Part shown: positions 18,203-28,013 of the stretch, piece by piece
Layout: each line of letters starts with the position of its first letter
Position numbering within the stretch: position 1 is the stretch's first letter
Assembly: GCA_001782075.1 (NCBI GenBank)
Contig: MFNO01000013.1
Coordinates: 48,608-112,607, forward strand
DNA: 64,000 nt
Direction of reading: 5' to 3'
DNA from: Candidatus Levybacteria bacterium RIFCSPHIGHO2_01_FULL_38_26
GTDB taxonomy: Bacteria; Patescibacteriota; Microgenomatia; Levybacterales; UBA12049
The notes under the pieces: model-generated
The model's input: only the letters and a program-made list of their open reading frames with translations
Database searches by the model: none
What the model was told of the DNA's origin: nothing
Position numbers and translations under genes: made by a program

Positions 18203-19918
18203 ATGAGTAAGTCCAATTTCTTTTTTGGAGTTATTATTTTTCTGTTATTTTTGATTCAGGGCATTTTTTTGTTGCCGGATTATGGAATGAATTGGGATGA
18301 GCCCGCCCATTATCTGCGTGGACAGGCATATTTGCGATTCTTTTTAACCGGGGAGAAAGACTATAAAGAGTTTCCTCAGCTGAAATCACATCTACCAAAA
18401 AGCGAATTTGTCGATCCTCCCCAGTACAAATGGATCGTTGGGGACGACAGCGTTTTTCGAAGAAGCATATTTCAATACGACAGAGGAGAGGGAGAAAAAT
18501 TTACTTATTTTTACTATCTTAAATACGACAAAGGTCATCCGCCTTTAAATGGAATTCTTGCTTCTTTATCAAACTATATTTTTTATCAAAGATTAGGGGT
18601 TTTTAAAGATATAGAAAGTTATCATTTATTCACTATTTTTCTAAGTGCAATATTGGCGGCATCCATTTTCATATTCACCTCTCGCTTTTATGGTAAATTC
18701 GCAGGTCTAGTTGCGGTTTTGTCTCTTTCTTTGTTTCCGCTTTTTTTTGCAGAATCGCATTTTAATATTAAAGATCCAGTTGAATCCAGCTTTTATTCAC
18801 TAGCTCTTTTTGCTTTTTATATTGGCGTTGTCAAAGGTAAATGGAAATGGATTATTATCTCGGGAGTTTTTGCCGGTTTTGCTCTGGGGACAAAGTTTAA
18901 TATTATATTTGCCTCCTTTTCTCTTGCTGTATGGCTTGCCATTTATCATTGGAGGTCTATAAAGAGAGTGTCCTGGCCATTTTCAAAATCGCAAACAGCA
19001 AGTTTTGTTCTGTATCCGTTTATAGCTTTATCTATCCTTTATATTTCATGGCCCTACCTGTGGCAAGATTCCAAAAATATCATGCATATCTTTTCATACT
19101 ACAGAGAAATTGGGATTGTTCCTTATCAGCCTCCTGGTTATTATTTTTTTGGATTCAATACATATGCTGTTTGGTGGTTACTTTTTAGTACGCCTCTTGT
19201 TATATTGTTCTATTGTTTTTTTGGTATTTTCTATGTTTTAAAATACGGATTATCAGAAAAAAATAAGCTGGCAATATTTATTTTTTTATGGCTTCTTGTT
19301 CCTGTTGTTCGGGTAAGCTTTTCTACTACCGGAATCTACGGCGGTTTACGACAAATAATGGAATTTATTCCTGCTATGGCGATATTGTCAGGCATTGGCG
19401 CAAACTATCTAGTTCAAAGTTTAAAATTCAAAATTTTTAACTTTAAACCGCAGCTTTTAACTTTTATTTTTAAACTTTTAATTATTGCATCATTTATCCC
19501 CATAACTATAAAACTGATCTCCATCCACCCCAATCAAAACGTCTACTTTAATCCATTTATAGGAGGTCTTAAAGGGGCTTATGAAAGAAATTTTCCTGAT
19601 TGGGGAGTGAGTTTGGGAAGTGTATATCAGCAGGGTACTGACTGGCTCAATCAAAATGCAGAACGTGGTGCAACCCTAGCACTTGTTCGGGGCTTACATT
19701 CAAATATTCCCCGCACCAAACTCCGACAAGATATAAACTTTGATAACAGATACTACTCGGGAGAGCAAAGAGGGGGAGAATATATAATGGAAGTTATTGA
19801 TTATAACTGGGTTATTCATGTTCCGCGGGAGAAAAGAAAATATCTTGAAAACCTAGAGTCCGTATACAGCGTAAAAGTTGATGAAGTTTCGATTCTTAAG
19901 ATTTGGAAGAATGATTAG
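18203..19918 (+). CDS. GT-C membrane glycosyltransferase (PMT/ArnT-like)
   Basis: WDEPAH, GHPPL, ESHFNIKD, GTKFN, SWPYLW; paralogue of 13859..15958. Confidence 0.75.
   Translation: MSKSNFFFGVIIFLLFLIQGIFLLPDYGMNWDEPAHYLRGQAYLRFFLTGEKDYKEFPQLKSHLPKSEFVDPPQYKWIVGDDSVFRRSIFQYDRGEGEKFTYFYYLKYDKGHPPLNGILASLSNYIFYQRLGVFKDIESYHLFTIFLSAILAASIFIFTSRFYGKFAGLVAVLSLSLFPLFFAESHFNIKDPVESSFYSLALFAFYIGVVKGKWKWIIISGVFAGFALGTKFNIIFASFSLAVWLAIYHWRSIKRVSWPFSKSQTASFVLYPFIALSILYISWPYLWQDSKNIMHIFSYYREIGIVPYQPPGYYFFGFNTYAVWWLLFSTPLVILFYCFFGIFYVLKYGLSEKNKLAIFIFLWLLVPVVRVSFSTTGIYGGLRQIMEFIPAMAILSGIGANYLVQSLKFKIFNFKPQLLTFIFKLLIIASFIPITIKLISIHPNQNVYFNPFIGGLKGAYERNFPDWGVSLGSVYQQGTDWLNQNAERGATLALVRGLHSNIPRTKLRQDINFDNRYYSGEQRGGEYIMEVIDYNWVIHVPREKRKYLENLESVYSVKVDEVSILKIWKND
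19411..19481. repeat. In-frame palindromic array with 7-bp period inside a CDS
   Basis: agttcaa agtttaa aattcaa ... cttttaa cttttat ttttaaa cttttaa; perfect 11-bp inverted repeat at 19416-19426/19468-19478. Confidence 0.6.
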
Positions 19919-20469
19919 AGCTTAGCCTTGTATTCTTCTATTGTCTGCCAGTTTCTTTTTGAAAAATCTGAGACTGTCAGAAAAGTTTTTGCCTGTTCTT
20001 TTGAAACTCTTTTGGCAAGGGAGGAGAGCACTTCTTGATGTTTTAGGGACGCGGTGTGAAGTTTTTTAGAGAAGTCATCAGTAAGGCTTATCTTTTCAAC
20101 TTCTTTTGAGATAAGCGTATAATTATGCTCTGCTTTTAGGGCTGTCTCCATTGCGAGATCAACTTTTCCTTTGTCAACAAGCATCGCTGATGCCAAGATG
20201 CCCTTGTCTGTTTGAAGAAGATAAAAATCTATTTTTTTATTAGGGTCAGATATCAACGCTGCAGATATTTTGTCTCTAAACACCTTCAACTTATAGAGCG
20301 GGTGATCAGGAAGTATTCCTGGATAAGCTAGGTTATATTCAATAATCGCAGCAGATGTTGCTTGTTTTACTTCAAGCGTATCTTGATTTCCCGTTTCTTT
20401 AGCGTGTGAGACGCTAGATGAGAGAAAAATACTTAAAATAAAAACAAAGAACAATAAAACTCTTTTCAT
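19915..20469 (-). CDS. Secreted DUF5667-like protein
   Basis: Probable ATG 20469 (MKRVLL...); signal peptide; YNLAYPGILPDHPLYKLKVFRDKI. Confidence 0.7.
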   Translation of the reverse strand: MKRVLLFFVFILSIFLSSSVSHAKETGNQDTLEVKQATSAAIIEYNLAYPGILPDHPLYKLKVFRDKISAALISDPNKKIDFYLLQTDKGILASAMLVDKGKVDLAMETALKAEHNYTLISKEVEKISLTDDFSKKLHTASLKHQEVLSSLAKRVSKEQAKTFLTVSDFSKRNWQTIEEYKAKL

Positions 20470-20541
20470 TTTGTCTGTTAACAACTAATATAGCAGTTTG
20501 TATAGAAAAAGTAAAGAAAGTTTGGTAAAATGGGGAAACAT

Positions 20542-21489
20542 ATGCAAAATATTAGTCTTGTAGCTGGAGGAGCTGGATTTATCGGATCTCATCTTTGCAA
20601 AAATCTGTTAAAAAATGGCCATACGATAATTTGCCTTGATGATTTATCAACAGGAAGCAAAAGAAATATAGATCCGTTTTTGGATAATAAGAATTTTATA
20701 TTTATAAATGGTAGCGTAACAGATTCAAAAGTTATCCTTGAATTGGATAAGCTTTCAATAAATGAAATATTCCATTTAGCAAGTCCTGCTTCAGTAACAT
20801 ATATTATGGATCATCCTGTAGATGCAGCGCAGGCTAATAGCATCGGGACAAAAAATTTGCTTGAAGTCGCAAGGAAAAAAAACGCAAAGTTTTTGTTCGC
20901 TTCAAGCTCTGAGGTCTATGGTGACCCAAAAGAACATCCTCAAAAAGAGACTTATTGGGGAAATGTCAATCCGATTGGGGTTCGAAGCGGATACGATGAG
21001 GGAAAACGTTTTGGTGAAGCGCTAACGTTTGCCTATCACAGGCAGTACGACATTGATATTAGAATTGTTAGAATATTCAATACATATGGTCCCAACTCAA
21101 GTCCAAAAGACACAAGAATAATTCCAAATTTTGTAACGCAGGCAATTAGAAATGTTCCGCTCACTGTCCATGGAGATGGCACTCAGACTCGTTCTTTATG
21201 CTTCGTCTCTGATTTAGTTGAGGGCATGATGCTTTTGATGGAGTCGGATTACAAAGGACCAGTCAATTTGGGAAGTCCAGATGAATATCGTGTCATAGAT
21301 ATAGCAAAAAAAATTATAGATCGTTTTGATTCAACGTCAAAGATTACTTTTGTTCAAAGACCAAAAGACGACCCTAGCAGAAGAAAGCCAGATATTTCTC
21401 TTGCTCAACAGAAGCTTAATTGGCAGCCAAAAGTTTCATTTGAAGAGGGATTAGGAGAAACCGTGAAATATTTTAAAGAAATTATCTAA
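20542..21489 (+). CDS. UDP-glucuronate decarboxylase (UXS/ArnA-decarboxylase-like)
   Basis: GGAGFIGSH, HLASPAS, ASSSEVYGDP, YWGNVNP, YDEGKR, GDGTQTRS, DDPSRRKPD; ATG 20542 lies 10 nt after TGGTAAAAT. Confidence 0.85.
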   Translation: MQNISLVAGGAGFIGSHLCKNLLKNGHTIICLDDLSTGSKRNIDPFLDNKNFIFINGSVTDSKVILELDKLSINEIFHLASPASVTYIMDHPVDAAQANSIGTKNLLEVARKKNAKFLFASSSEVYGDPKEHPQKETYWGNVNPIGVRSGYDEGKRFGEALTFAYHRQYDIDIRIVRIFNTYGPNSSPKDTRIIPNFVTQAIRNVPLTVHGDGTQTRSLCFVSDLVEGMMLLMESDYKGPVNLGSPDEYRVIDIAKKIIDRFDSTSKITFVQRPKDDPSRRKPDISLAQQKLNWQPKVSFEEGLGETVKYFKEII

Positions 21490-21490
21490 A

Positions 21491-22759
21491 ATGACCTCGC
21501 TTCTTGAAAAAATAGAATCAAAAACCGCCAGGATAGGTGTTGTTGGGTTGGGTTATGTTGGTTTGCCGCTGGCTATTCTATTTGCGAAAAAGGGATTTTC
21601 GGTAACAGGGTTTGTTAGGAGCAAAGAAAAAAAAGATATGCTCTCAGGTGGAAAAAGCTATATACAGGACGATGATATAGAAAAAAGCTTGCCGGATTTA
21701 GTTAAAAAAAAGAAATTTGTTGCAAAAATCTCAAGTGCCAAAGAAGTTGAGAAGCAAGATGTTATCGTTATTTGTGTTCCTACTCCTGTTACCGAGGGCA
21801 AGAAACCAGATTTGACAGATCTTGAAAAAGTTGCAAAACAGTTATCGCAAGTCGATTTGACAGGCAAGTTGATAGTTAATGAATCAACTGTAGCCCCGTT
21901 TACAACAAGAGATGTCTTGGGAGGTTTTAAATCCAAGTATTTTCTTGTTTGCTCTCCAGAAAGAGTAGACCCGGGGAATAAAAAAAGAACAACTGAATTT
22001 ATACCAAAAGTCATCGGAGGAAAGGACAAAGAGAGCCTGGAACTCGCACGAAGGCTCTATGAGCAAGTTCTCAAAGCTGAGGTTGTTCGGGTAAAAAGCA
22101 TGGAGGCCGCAGAAATGGCAAAAATGCTTGAAAATTCATACAGGGCAGTCAATATCGCGCTGGTCAATGAGTTTTCAAAACTTGCGGAAAAATGCGGCAT
22201 AGACATATTGGATGTGTTAAAAGCCGCAAGCACAAAGTGGACTTTTCAAGCTCACTATCCGAGTATTGGCGTAGGAGGGCACTGTATTCCTGTTGATCCC
22301 TACTATGTTTTGGAGTTGGCTCTCCAAAAAAAACTTTCAATGAGCGTTCTTGAGGAAAGTCTTTTAGAGAATGAAAGAATGCCCGAATATATATTGGAAA
22401 AACTGATGTCTGTATATAAAAAAGGGGATAAGATTTTGATTTATGGGCTAACTTACAAAAAAGACGTTGGTGACTTGCGAGAAAGTCCGGTTTTGGCTTT
22501 TTGCAGTTTACTTAGCAAAAATAAGATTCCTTTCTTTGTGTACGATCCTTTTGTTTTGGATAACGACATGAAGAAGCTAGAGCTGTCGAATAGCGTACTT
22601 GAGAAATCAGATATTTTTGTGGTTGGTACCGCGCACAGTACGTTGTCAAATGATTATAGAAAGGCTGTGGGACCAAATACTATTGTAATTGACGGGCAAA
22701 ATTTCTTTGACAGAAAAGTTGGAAAAAAAGTTATTGGCATTGGGAGAGCTTTTTTGTGA
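21491..22759 (+). CDS. Nucleotide-sugar dehydrogenase (WecC/WbpA family)
   Basis: VGLGYVGLPLA, CVPTP, ESTV, SPERVDPG, AEMAKMLEN, GVGGHCIPVDP, DLRESP. Confidence 0.9.
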   Translation: MTSLLEKIESKTARIGVVGLGYVGLPLAILFAKKGFSVTGFVRSKEKKDMLSGGKSYIQDDDIEKSLPDLVKKKKFVAKISSAKEVEKQDVIVICVPTPVTEGKKPDLTDLEKVAKQLSQVDLTGKLIVNESTVAPFTTRDVLGGFKSKYFLVCSPERVDPGNKKRTTEFIPKVIGGKDKESLELARRLYEQVLKAEVVRVKSMEAAEMAKMLENSYRAVNIALVNEFSKLAEKCGIDILDVLKAASTKWTFQAHYPSIGVGGHCIPVDPYYVLELALQKKLSMSVLEESLLENERMPEYILEKLMSVYKKGDKILIYGLTYKKDVGDLRESPVLAFCSLLSKNKIPFFVYDPFVLDNDMKKLELSNSVLEKSDIFVVGTAHSTLSNDYRKAVGPNTIVIDGQNFFDRKVGKKVIGIGRAFL

Positions 22760-23571
22760 AAAACCCTCTGGTCTCAGTAATTGTACCATCATATAACTCC
22801 GCAAATTTTATAGAATCATGTCTTGAAAGCTTGAGAAACCAGTCGTACAAAAATATTGAGGTTATCGTTGTTGATAGAAATTCTAAAGATGAAAGTCTCA
22901 AAATCGCAAAGAATTTTACAAATAAAATATACACCCATGGACCTGAAAGAGCCGCGCAGATAAATTTTGGGGCAAAAAAAGCAAAAGGAAAATATCTTTA
23001 TAGAGTAGATTCTGATTTTGTCTTGGAAAAAGATGTTATTAAAGAATGTGTTGAAAAAGCGGAGAAAGAGGAGCTGGACGGAATAGCTGTGCACAACACG
23101 TCTGCAGAGGGCTTGGGTTTCTGGGCTGATGTTCGAAAGCTTGAACGTAACACTTACAGAGAAGATCAGCTTATTGTCGCAGTCCGATTTTTTACTAAAA
23201 GAGCATGGGAGAAAATCGGAGGATTTGACGAAACACTGTACGGTCCTGAAGACTATGATTTTCATAATAGATTTGTCAGTTCTGGTTTTAAATGGGGAAG
23301 AATAAAAGCGATTGAAAGGCATTTGGGGGAACCAAGAAGTCTTGCTGATATATGGAAAAAACACTATTTTTACGGTCAGCAAATGGTCAGATATTTTAGG
23401 AAATATCCAGCTATTGCCGCAATGCAGTTTATACCGGTGAGGAAAAGCTATCTGCAAAATATTGGCGTGTTTTTGTTCCATCCTCTTATATTTTTGGGTC
23501 TTATAGTTATGACAGTCGTGAAGTTTACCGCTGGAGGCTTGGGGTTTTTAAAAACGCTTGTCTTTCGCTAG
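22756..23571 (+). CDS. Glycosyltransferase family 2
   Basis: VSVIVPSYNS, VDSD, GGFDE...PEDYD. Confidence 0.85.
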   Translation: MKNPLVSVIVPSYNSANFIESCLESLRNQSYKNIEVIVVDRNSKDESLKIAKNFTNKIYTHGPERAAQINFGAKKAKGKYLYRVDSDFVLEKDVIKECVEKAEKEELDGIAVHNTSAEGLGFWADVRKLERNTYREDQLIVAVRFFTKRAWEKIGGFDETLYGPEDYDFHNRFVSSGFKWGRIKAIERHLGEPRSLADIWKKHYFYGQQMVRYFRKYPAIAAMQFIPVRKSYLQNIGVFLFHPLIFLGLIVMTVVKFTAGGLGFLKTLVFR

Positions 23572-23574
23572 GAA

Positions 23575-24831
23575 TTATTTTTCTCTTGTGTAAAGGTAAT
23601 AGAAATACGAAAAAGGGCTTCCTTGTTCAAACTCAATAACCTCACCTTTTTTTATCTTATCCAATACAAACGCTCTATAATTTTGCAAGCCTACAGTTCT
23701 TATTGCAAGAAACTTATTTATCCCAATATACGCATAGTAAATAGCAAAGACAATTATAAAAAGAGTTATAAATTTATTTTTAACTTCAAGTAATTTATAG
23801 ATGATAAAAGACGCAATCATCACCCCAAGAAATCTATTTGTAGAAAAGTAATAGTTTGTAACTTCTCCGCTATACGTAGAGAGAACCAACCATGGGATTA
23901 GGAAATAAAGAAAAACCAAAGAGACCATAACAAAGCCCTTTTTTGTAGGAATATTTAAAAAATGAATTACAAAAAAAACAGGAAGAACAAACCAGCCTAA
24001 AATCCTCATAATCGGATTTATGGTAAATGCTTCTATTTGAATAAAAGCGCTGGTGAATAATTGTAGAACTCGAGTGAGATGTAATCCGTGAAACGATGAT
24101 CCTATATAGCTTATCTGATTTAAGGCGTATTTGTTTGTATTGAGCAAGTTCACAATTATTATCGGAGATAAGCTTACAGCTAAAATTGGGATAGATAAGA
24201 GAATATGCAGAAATGTTTTTTTTGTTTTTGGAAAAAAGGGAAGCGTGAATAGAATGATAAGAGGCAGGAAAACAGCTACGGTCAAATGGATATGAAACGC
24301 GAGAGCAACGACTATAGCAAGGTATAAGATATGTTTTTCACTTCCCAAAAGAATTTTGTACAAAAAATAGAACGCAAGCAGCGAAATAAGAGGAATGAAA
24401 TTTACCTCCCATTGAACTCTATCGAATTCAATAGCGGAGTAGGAAACTGTGTTTATAAAAACAGCAATCAATGCTATTGGCATTGTGAATAGTTTTTTTA
24501 CAACAAAAAAAAGCGTAAAGAATCCGATTATACTGGTAAAACCGGCGAACAAACCTGCAGCTATTGGATCCAAATTTGTGAAGAAGTAAAAAATAGAGAT
24601 TGCGTAGTAATACAGTGGTCCTACAAAAAATCCACTGCTGAGTTTATTTTCTGGTCCAATGAGGGGAAAATTATGATCAACGATTATTCTTTTTGCCGCC
24701 CACGCACTATCAACCTGGTCATAGAGAAAGCTGCTTTTTGTCTCAATTTCATAAAATCTCAAAAATATATGGAGAACTAAAAGGGCAAGGAGGATAATAT
24801 ATTTCTTATCCTTAAATAGAAATGGTGTCAT
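23575..24831 (-). CDS. GT-C membrane glycosyltransferase (PMT/ArnT-like)
   Basis: Polytopic; FLYDQVD loop, PLIGP, GPLYYY. Confidence 0.7.
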   Translation of the reverse strand: MTPFLFKDKKYIILLALLVLHIFLRFYEIETKSSFLYDQVDSAWAAKRIIVDHNFPLIGPENKLSSGFFVGPLYYYAISIFYFFTNLDPIAAGLFAGFTSIIGFFTLFFVVKKLFTMPIALIAVFINTVSYSAIEFDRVQWEVNFIPLISLLAFYFLYKILLGSEKHILYLAIVVALAFHIHLTVAVFLPLIILFTLPFFPKTKKTFLHILLSIPILAVSLSPIIIVNLLNTNKYALNQISYIGSSFHGLHLTRVLQLFTSAFIQIEAFTINPIMRILGWFVLPVFFVIHFLNIPTKKGFVMVSLVFLYFLIPWLVLSTYSGEVTNYYFSTNRFLGVMIASFIIYKLLEVKNKFITLFIIVFAIYYAYIGINKFLAIRTVGLQNYRAFVLDKIKKGEVIEFEQGSPFSYFYYLYTREK

Positions 24832-24833
24832 TT

Positions 24834-25475
24834 TTAGTTTATTTTACATTCAAAAATAATATTTGGAAACGGCCTACTGGAAGTTTCCTCGCTTACTTTT
24901 ACATTAAACCCCATTTTTTTAAAAAGATTCAACCATTCTTTTTCTTTTCTAAAATAAGCTCTTGTGTAAAATTTTTTTTCAAAAACCCAGGGGACAAGAA
25001 AATTATCAGCTATCCAAGCTGCCAAATATTTAATAGTAGGTTTTGCGTGTACCTCTACAATTACCAGCTTTCCGTTTTTGGATATAGATTTTTTGGCTTT
25101 TTCAAGCACTTTTTCTTGAGTAGCTCTTCCCGGAAGGTGATGTAAAACATGAAACAATACTATTGTTTCTGCTTTTGGATAGGGGATTTTTACGATATCT
25201 CCAACTTTGAAAGAAGTGTTTTTAATTCCTTTTTTGGCTCGTTCTAATCTTTCCGGGGCAATCTCTATTCCTGTGATTTTTCTTTTGTCAGACGCGATCG
25301 CTAAATAATTTGATAGCAGTCCTTCTCCGCATCCTAAATCCAAAACAGTTCCGTTTTTTGGAAGTATTTTTTCTACAACTTCATACGGCTCTTCCCAAAA
25401 TTTAAAATTTGAAAGAAATTTTTCCCACCAATTACCCGCGTAAAGGTTGATCGTTTTCTCCCTAGCACTTTCCAT
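24834..25475 (-). CDS. Class I SAM-dependent methyltransferase
   Basis: VLDLGCGEG, HVLHH; TGCTATAAT on the minus strand (25492-25484) 8 nt before the ATG. Confidence 0.85.
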   Translation of the reverse strand: MESAREKTINLYAGNWWEKFLSNFKFWEEPYEVVEKILPKNGTVLDLGCGEGLLSNYLAIASDKRKITGIEIAPERLERAKKGIKNTSFKVGDIVKIPYPKAETIVLFHVLHHLPGRATQEKVLEKAKKSISKNGKLVIVEVHAKPTIKYLAAWIADNFLVPWVFEKKFYTRAYFRKEKEWLNLFKKMGFNVKVSEETSSRPFPNIIFECKIN

Positions 25476-25532
25476 CTGATTAGATTATAGCATCCTCTTT
25501 TAAATTTGTATCACACTATATATAATATTGCT

Positions 25533-26243
25533 GTGTTGAAATCGGTTAAACAGAAGACGAGCTTATCTATTGTTATTCCTGCTTACAATGAAGAAGAAAG
25601 CTTGGGTTACGTACTGCGGGATACGCTAAAAGATGTTCCTAAAGTTGTAAAAGACTACGAAGTTATAGTTGTGGATGATGGCTCAGAAGACAACACGCCA
25701 CAAATAGCAGACTCATATGCTAAAAAAAATAGACACGTCCGGGTTATCCATCAGAGGCAGGGTGGATTCAACAAGGCAATGATAACAGGGCTTAGGAGGG
25801 CAAAAAAAGATTATGTTGCTTACATGCACGCCGGCGGTCAAGAATTGATAAGAGATATGATTAATTGTATAAGAATCATGCAAAATTATGATTTGGTACT
25901 AGGTATTAGAGGGAAAAGAATTGATTACAACCCGTATCGTTTGCTTCTATCCTATGGTGCTTTGGTAATTTATAGAGTGCTTTTTGGGATTACTTACGAA
26001 GACGTGCACTGGGTTTACATTTGGAAAACAAAAGAAGTGCAAAAACTAAAACTCGATCCAAAAGGAGGAATATTTTTACTTGTTGAGAGTTTGGTTAAAT
26101 TCAAAAGAAAGGGTCTTAAGATTGGTGAAGCATTAGCACCGTATAGACCCAGGTATGGAGGAGACAATAAAAATACCAGCATAAAAGTGGTATGGCAAAC
26201 TATTATTAGTATTTTTAAACTGCGGCGCAAAATTGTTATATGA
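25533..26243 (+). CDS. GT2 polyprenol-phosphate glycosyltransferase-like protein with altered DxD motif
   Basis: LSIVIPAYNEE, VDDGSEDNT, YMHAGGQ at the DxD position; GTG 25533 lies 6 nt after TATAAT (25521-25526). Confidence 0.75.
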   Translation: MLKSVKQKTSLSIVIPAYNEEESLGYVLRDTLKDVPKVVKDYEVIVVDDGSEDNTPQIADSYAKKNRHVRVIHQRQGGFNKAMITGLRRAKKDYVAYMHAGGQELIRDMINCIRIMQNYDLVLGIRGKRIDYNPYRLLLSYGALVIYRVLFGITYEDVHWVYIWKTKEVQKLKLDPKGGIFLLVESLVKFKRKGLKIGEALAPYRPRYGGDNKNTSIKVVWQTIISIFKLRRKIVI

Positions 26244-26950
26244 CCAAACATTTTAAGCTAGGCGAGTCGCTTTCTATAGTTATTCCTTCTTACAACGAAG
26301 AAGGTAATTTAGGAAATTTGGTTAAAGAGACTTTAGAAGACGCCAAAAAAATAGCTTCAGATTTTGAAATTATTATAGTAAATGACGGCTCGTCTGACAA
26401 AACAGGAAATGTAGCTAATTCGTTGGCAAAGGTATACAAACTTGTCCGAGTAATTCACCACAAAAAAAATCAAGGACTTGCTCTGGCTTGGAAAACGGGC
26501 ATCCAGGCTTGTAAAAAAGATATTATTCTTTACATTGAAGGAGATGGACAGCAACCTTTCAAAGATCAATACGATCTTTTGAGAAAAATAAAAAATGCAG
26601 ACCTTGTGTTGGGTACCCGTACTCACAGATTTGACTATACATTTTTTCGCAAAACCCTCTCATACGGATATCTTTTTTTAATTTGGTTATTTTTTAACCT
26701 CAAATATAAAGACGTTGGCTGGTCTCAGGCATATAGGCGCAAAATCTTTGATAAAATACAAATGAAGTCGGTTACCCCATTTTTCGACACAGAAGTTGTA
26801 ATCAAAGCTTTAAGGAATGGATTTAAGGTTGTTGAGGCACGCTCATTTTACCGTCCTCGGAAGGCCGGCTCAACAAGTTTGGGCAATATTCAGACGGCTT
26901 ATAAAATGTTTGACGAAATGGTAAAGATGAGATTAGGCTTTCTTGATTAG
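26240..26950 (+). CDS. GT2 polyprenol-phosphate glycosyltransferase-like protein
   Basis: LSIVIPSYNEE, NDGSSDKT, NQG, YIEGDGQ, VLGTR. Confidence 0.8.
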   Translation: MTKHFKLGESLSIVIPSYNEEGNLGNLVKETLEDAKKIASDFEIIIVNDGSSDKTGNVANSLAKVYKLVRVIHHKKNQGLALAWKTGIQACKKDIILYIEGDGQQPFKDQYDLLRKIKNADLVLGTRTHRFDYTFFRKTLSYGYLFLIWLFFNLKYKDVGWSQAYRRKIFDKIQMKSVTPFFDTEVVIKALRNGFKVVEARSFYRPRKAGSTSLGNIQTAYKMFDEMVKMRLGFLD

Positions 26951-26955
26951 TATTT

Positions 26956-26984
26956 TTGACATCCTAAAATAAATAATATACTAT
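26956..26984 (+). promoter_or_regulatory. Putative sigma70 promoter of the rfbB operon
   Basis: TTGACA(26956-26961)-17 bp-TACTAT(26979-26984). Confidence 0.55.
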
Positions 26985-27011
26985 TGACTCTAGAAATTAT
27001 TAGACAAAAAA

Positions 27012-28013
27012 ATGGCAAAATTGCTTGTAACTGGCGGCGCCGGATTTATCGGGTCAAACTTTATCCATTATTGGTTATCAAAACACCCAAAAGACTCAAT
27101 TGTTAATTTGGACAAACTTACCTACGCAGGTCATTTAGAGAATCTCGCAGGACTTGAAGACAATCCCAGATATACTTTTGTCAAAGGAGATATTACAAAT
27201 AGAGCAGATGTTGACTGGGCAATTAAAAACGTTGACGCCGTAGTGCATTTTGCAGCGGAAAGTCATGTGGATAGATCCATCGAGGAGCCGCTTGAGTTTA
27301 TCAAAACAAATGTTCTAGGGACAGGGGTTCTTTTGGATGCTGCGTTGCGGCACGGACGAAAAAGATTTCACCATATTTCAACAGATGAAGTTTATGGAGA
27401 GCTGAGAGTCAAAGATCTGCCATTCAATGAAAAATCTCCTCTAAATCCGCGAAGCCCATACGCCTCATCAAAAGCAGCATCGGATTTATTGGTCAAAACT
27501 TACTACACTGCTTATGGGTTGCCGGTAACTATCACAAACTGCGCGAATAACTACGGTCCGTATCAGGACGTGGAAAAACTTATTCCCCGTTTTATCACAA
27601 GGCTTTTATCCAACAAAAAAGTAACCTTGATGAGTAGAGGGGAAAATATTAGAAGCTGGTTGGCAGTAATAGACCATTGCAGAGCAGTTGATATTGTTTT
27701 GAAGAAAGGAAAGATAGGGGAGATTTACTGCGTTGGAGGAGAAGAAAAAACAAATCTTCAGATAACGCAAAGCATATTAAAAATCTTGGGAAAAGATAAG
27801 TCCTGGATAAGTTTTATCTGGAATAGAGCTGTGAATGATTTTAGGTATGCGCTTGATGACTCGAAGATTAGAAAGTTGGGTTGGAAACCAAAACATAATT
27901 TTGAAAAAAGACTCAAAGAAGCAGTTGAATGGTATAAAAAAAATGAGTGGTGGTGGAAAAAACCAACTCTAAAGCAAACTTTAATTGATTTTAAAAATAC
28001 TTTATGGCAATAA
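27012..28013 (+). CDS. rfbB: dTDP-glucose 4,6-dehydratase
   Basis: VTGGAGFIGSNF, DKLTYAG, HFAAESHVDRSI, HISTDEVYG, PYASSKA. Confidence 0.92.
   Translation: MAKLLVTGGAGFIGSNFIHYWLSKHPKDSIVNLDKLTYAGHLENLAGLEDNPRYTFVKGDITNRADVDWAIKNVDAVVHFAAESHVDRSIEEPLEFIKTNVLGTGVLLDAALRHGRKRFHHISTDEVYGELRVKDLPFNEKSPLNPRSPYASSKAASDLLVKTYYTAYGLPVTITNCANNYGPYQDVEKLIPRFITRLLSNKKVTLMSRGENIRSWLAVIDHCRAVDIVLKKGKIGEIYCVGGEEKTNLQITQSILKILGKDKSWISFIWNRAVNDFRYALDDSKIRKLGWKPKHNFEKRLKEAVEWYKKNEWWWKKPTLKQTLIDFKNTLWQ

Noticed and set aside
22816-23481. 221-aa antisense ORF
   Set aside because: It lies entirely opposite a clear GT2 gene and has no motif; a shadow ORF.
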